This document shows, one piece after another, positions 63,390 through 64,000 of a DNA stretch of 64,000 nucleotides. Source of the DNA: Octopus sinensis (lineage: Eukaryota); contig NW_021833070.1 of assembly GCF_006345805.1 (NCBI RefSeq), forward strand, positions 29,460-93,459. The letters are read 5' to 3'. Every line of letters starts with the position of its first letter. Position 1 is the stretch's first letter. The notes under the pieces were generated by a model that was not told the origin of the DNA, made no database searches, and worked only from the letters and a program-made list of their open reading frames with translations. The translations under genes were made by a program, and so were the position numbers.

Positions 63390-63860
63390 TTTATCCTGAA
63401 AATAGAGTTCCAAACTCGGTATCTCTTGACATAATTGCCTGAAATGATCCAATGGTATTTCTGATACGTGTTGAATATTGCATCCACCGATCCAATCTGA
63501 ATGTATTCAAGAAAACCGTGCTCCTTGATATTCGAAGCGAATTAAATCAAGATACATGACTGTGTATTTTATGGACAGGGTGGTGTTTCAATTGTTCTCC
63601 TTAATGCTTGTTATCTTTGTGGGCGTGAGAGATACTGATTTGTAAGTCTCGATGGTGGATGTGAAGATGATAAACTTTACATAAGTTGAAAGTTCTTTTA
63701 TCTCTGAAAGTGTATCTGGAATTGACGGTGGCACTAACTGTCCATTTACACAACACAAATTGAATATAGTGTTTGTTTGAAAGCTGCTTGAAATCCTTTT
63801 CTTAAACCAACAGTTTTTGTATCACATTTAAAGCATTTAGCATTCATCTTTCCGACGAAG
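63390..63860 (-). pseudogene. Probable Helitron Rep-helicase N-terminal remnant
   Basis: GKMNAKCFKC (63853-63824) and LCCVNGQLVPPSIP (63758 downward) match the Helitron GxMxxxCxxC...CCxxG...P pattern; many stops and frameshifts. Confidence 0.45.
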
Positions 63861-64000
63861 TTTGTATTTCAGCTTCCTTGAAATGATAAATTGCTTTATG
63901 ACTTCAATCTCTCACCTTCCACTTAAAGCAGCTGCTACAGGCATTTCTTCTTTTGTTAGAAGTGTTGTTATCGCTTGATCGGTAGTCTATATTTTCATTG

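Overview
Eukaryotic, very AT-rich, repeat-saturated DNA. From recalled SINE consensus sequences and the microsatellite load it is most likely a coleoid cephalopod (Octopus); this is not verified. I find no host protein-coding exon, rRNA gene, intact tRNA gene or CRISPR array, and most ORFs in the track are microsatellite translations. The window is a stack of transposable elements: four or more tRNA-derived SINE families; a 5'-truncated Penelope-like element (PLE) with a GIY-YIG endonuclease; five R4/Dong-like non-LTR fragments in (TAA)n tracts; an ORF1-only L1/Tx1-like element; a Tx1/L1 ORF2 3' end; two mariners; a Tc1 with a GT-AG intron; non-autonomous Helitron-like elements plus a Rep-helicase remnant; MITE-like elements and minisatellites. 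The main signal is a set of unrelated small non-coding elements carrying type I hammerhead ribozyme (HHR) folds. These are at 9.2 kb (fused to a tRNA-derived head), 17.1 kb (degenerate), 35.7-37.5 kb (tandem ~475-nt retrozyme-like array, 4 HHR copies), 52.0 kb (degenerate), 52.5 kb and 58.6/63.1 kb (4.6-kb palindrome). All six are head-to-head inverted pairs with the ribozyme strand reading outward, and most end in (TA)n. The array, the palindrome and one inverted insert without a clear HHR each sit inside the internal (TA)n of the same SINE family. I infer a PLE-mobilised ribozyme retroelement ecosystem that uses SINE microsatellites as landing pads. Folds were derived by eye; ribozyme activity is untested, and frequent 1-nt homopolymer indels suggest some sequencing noise.
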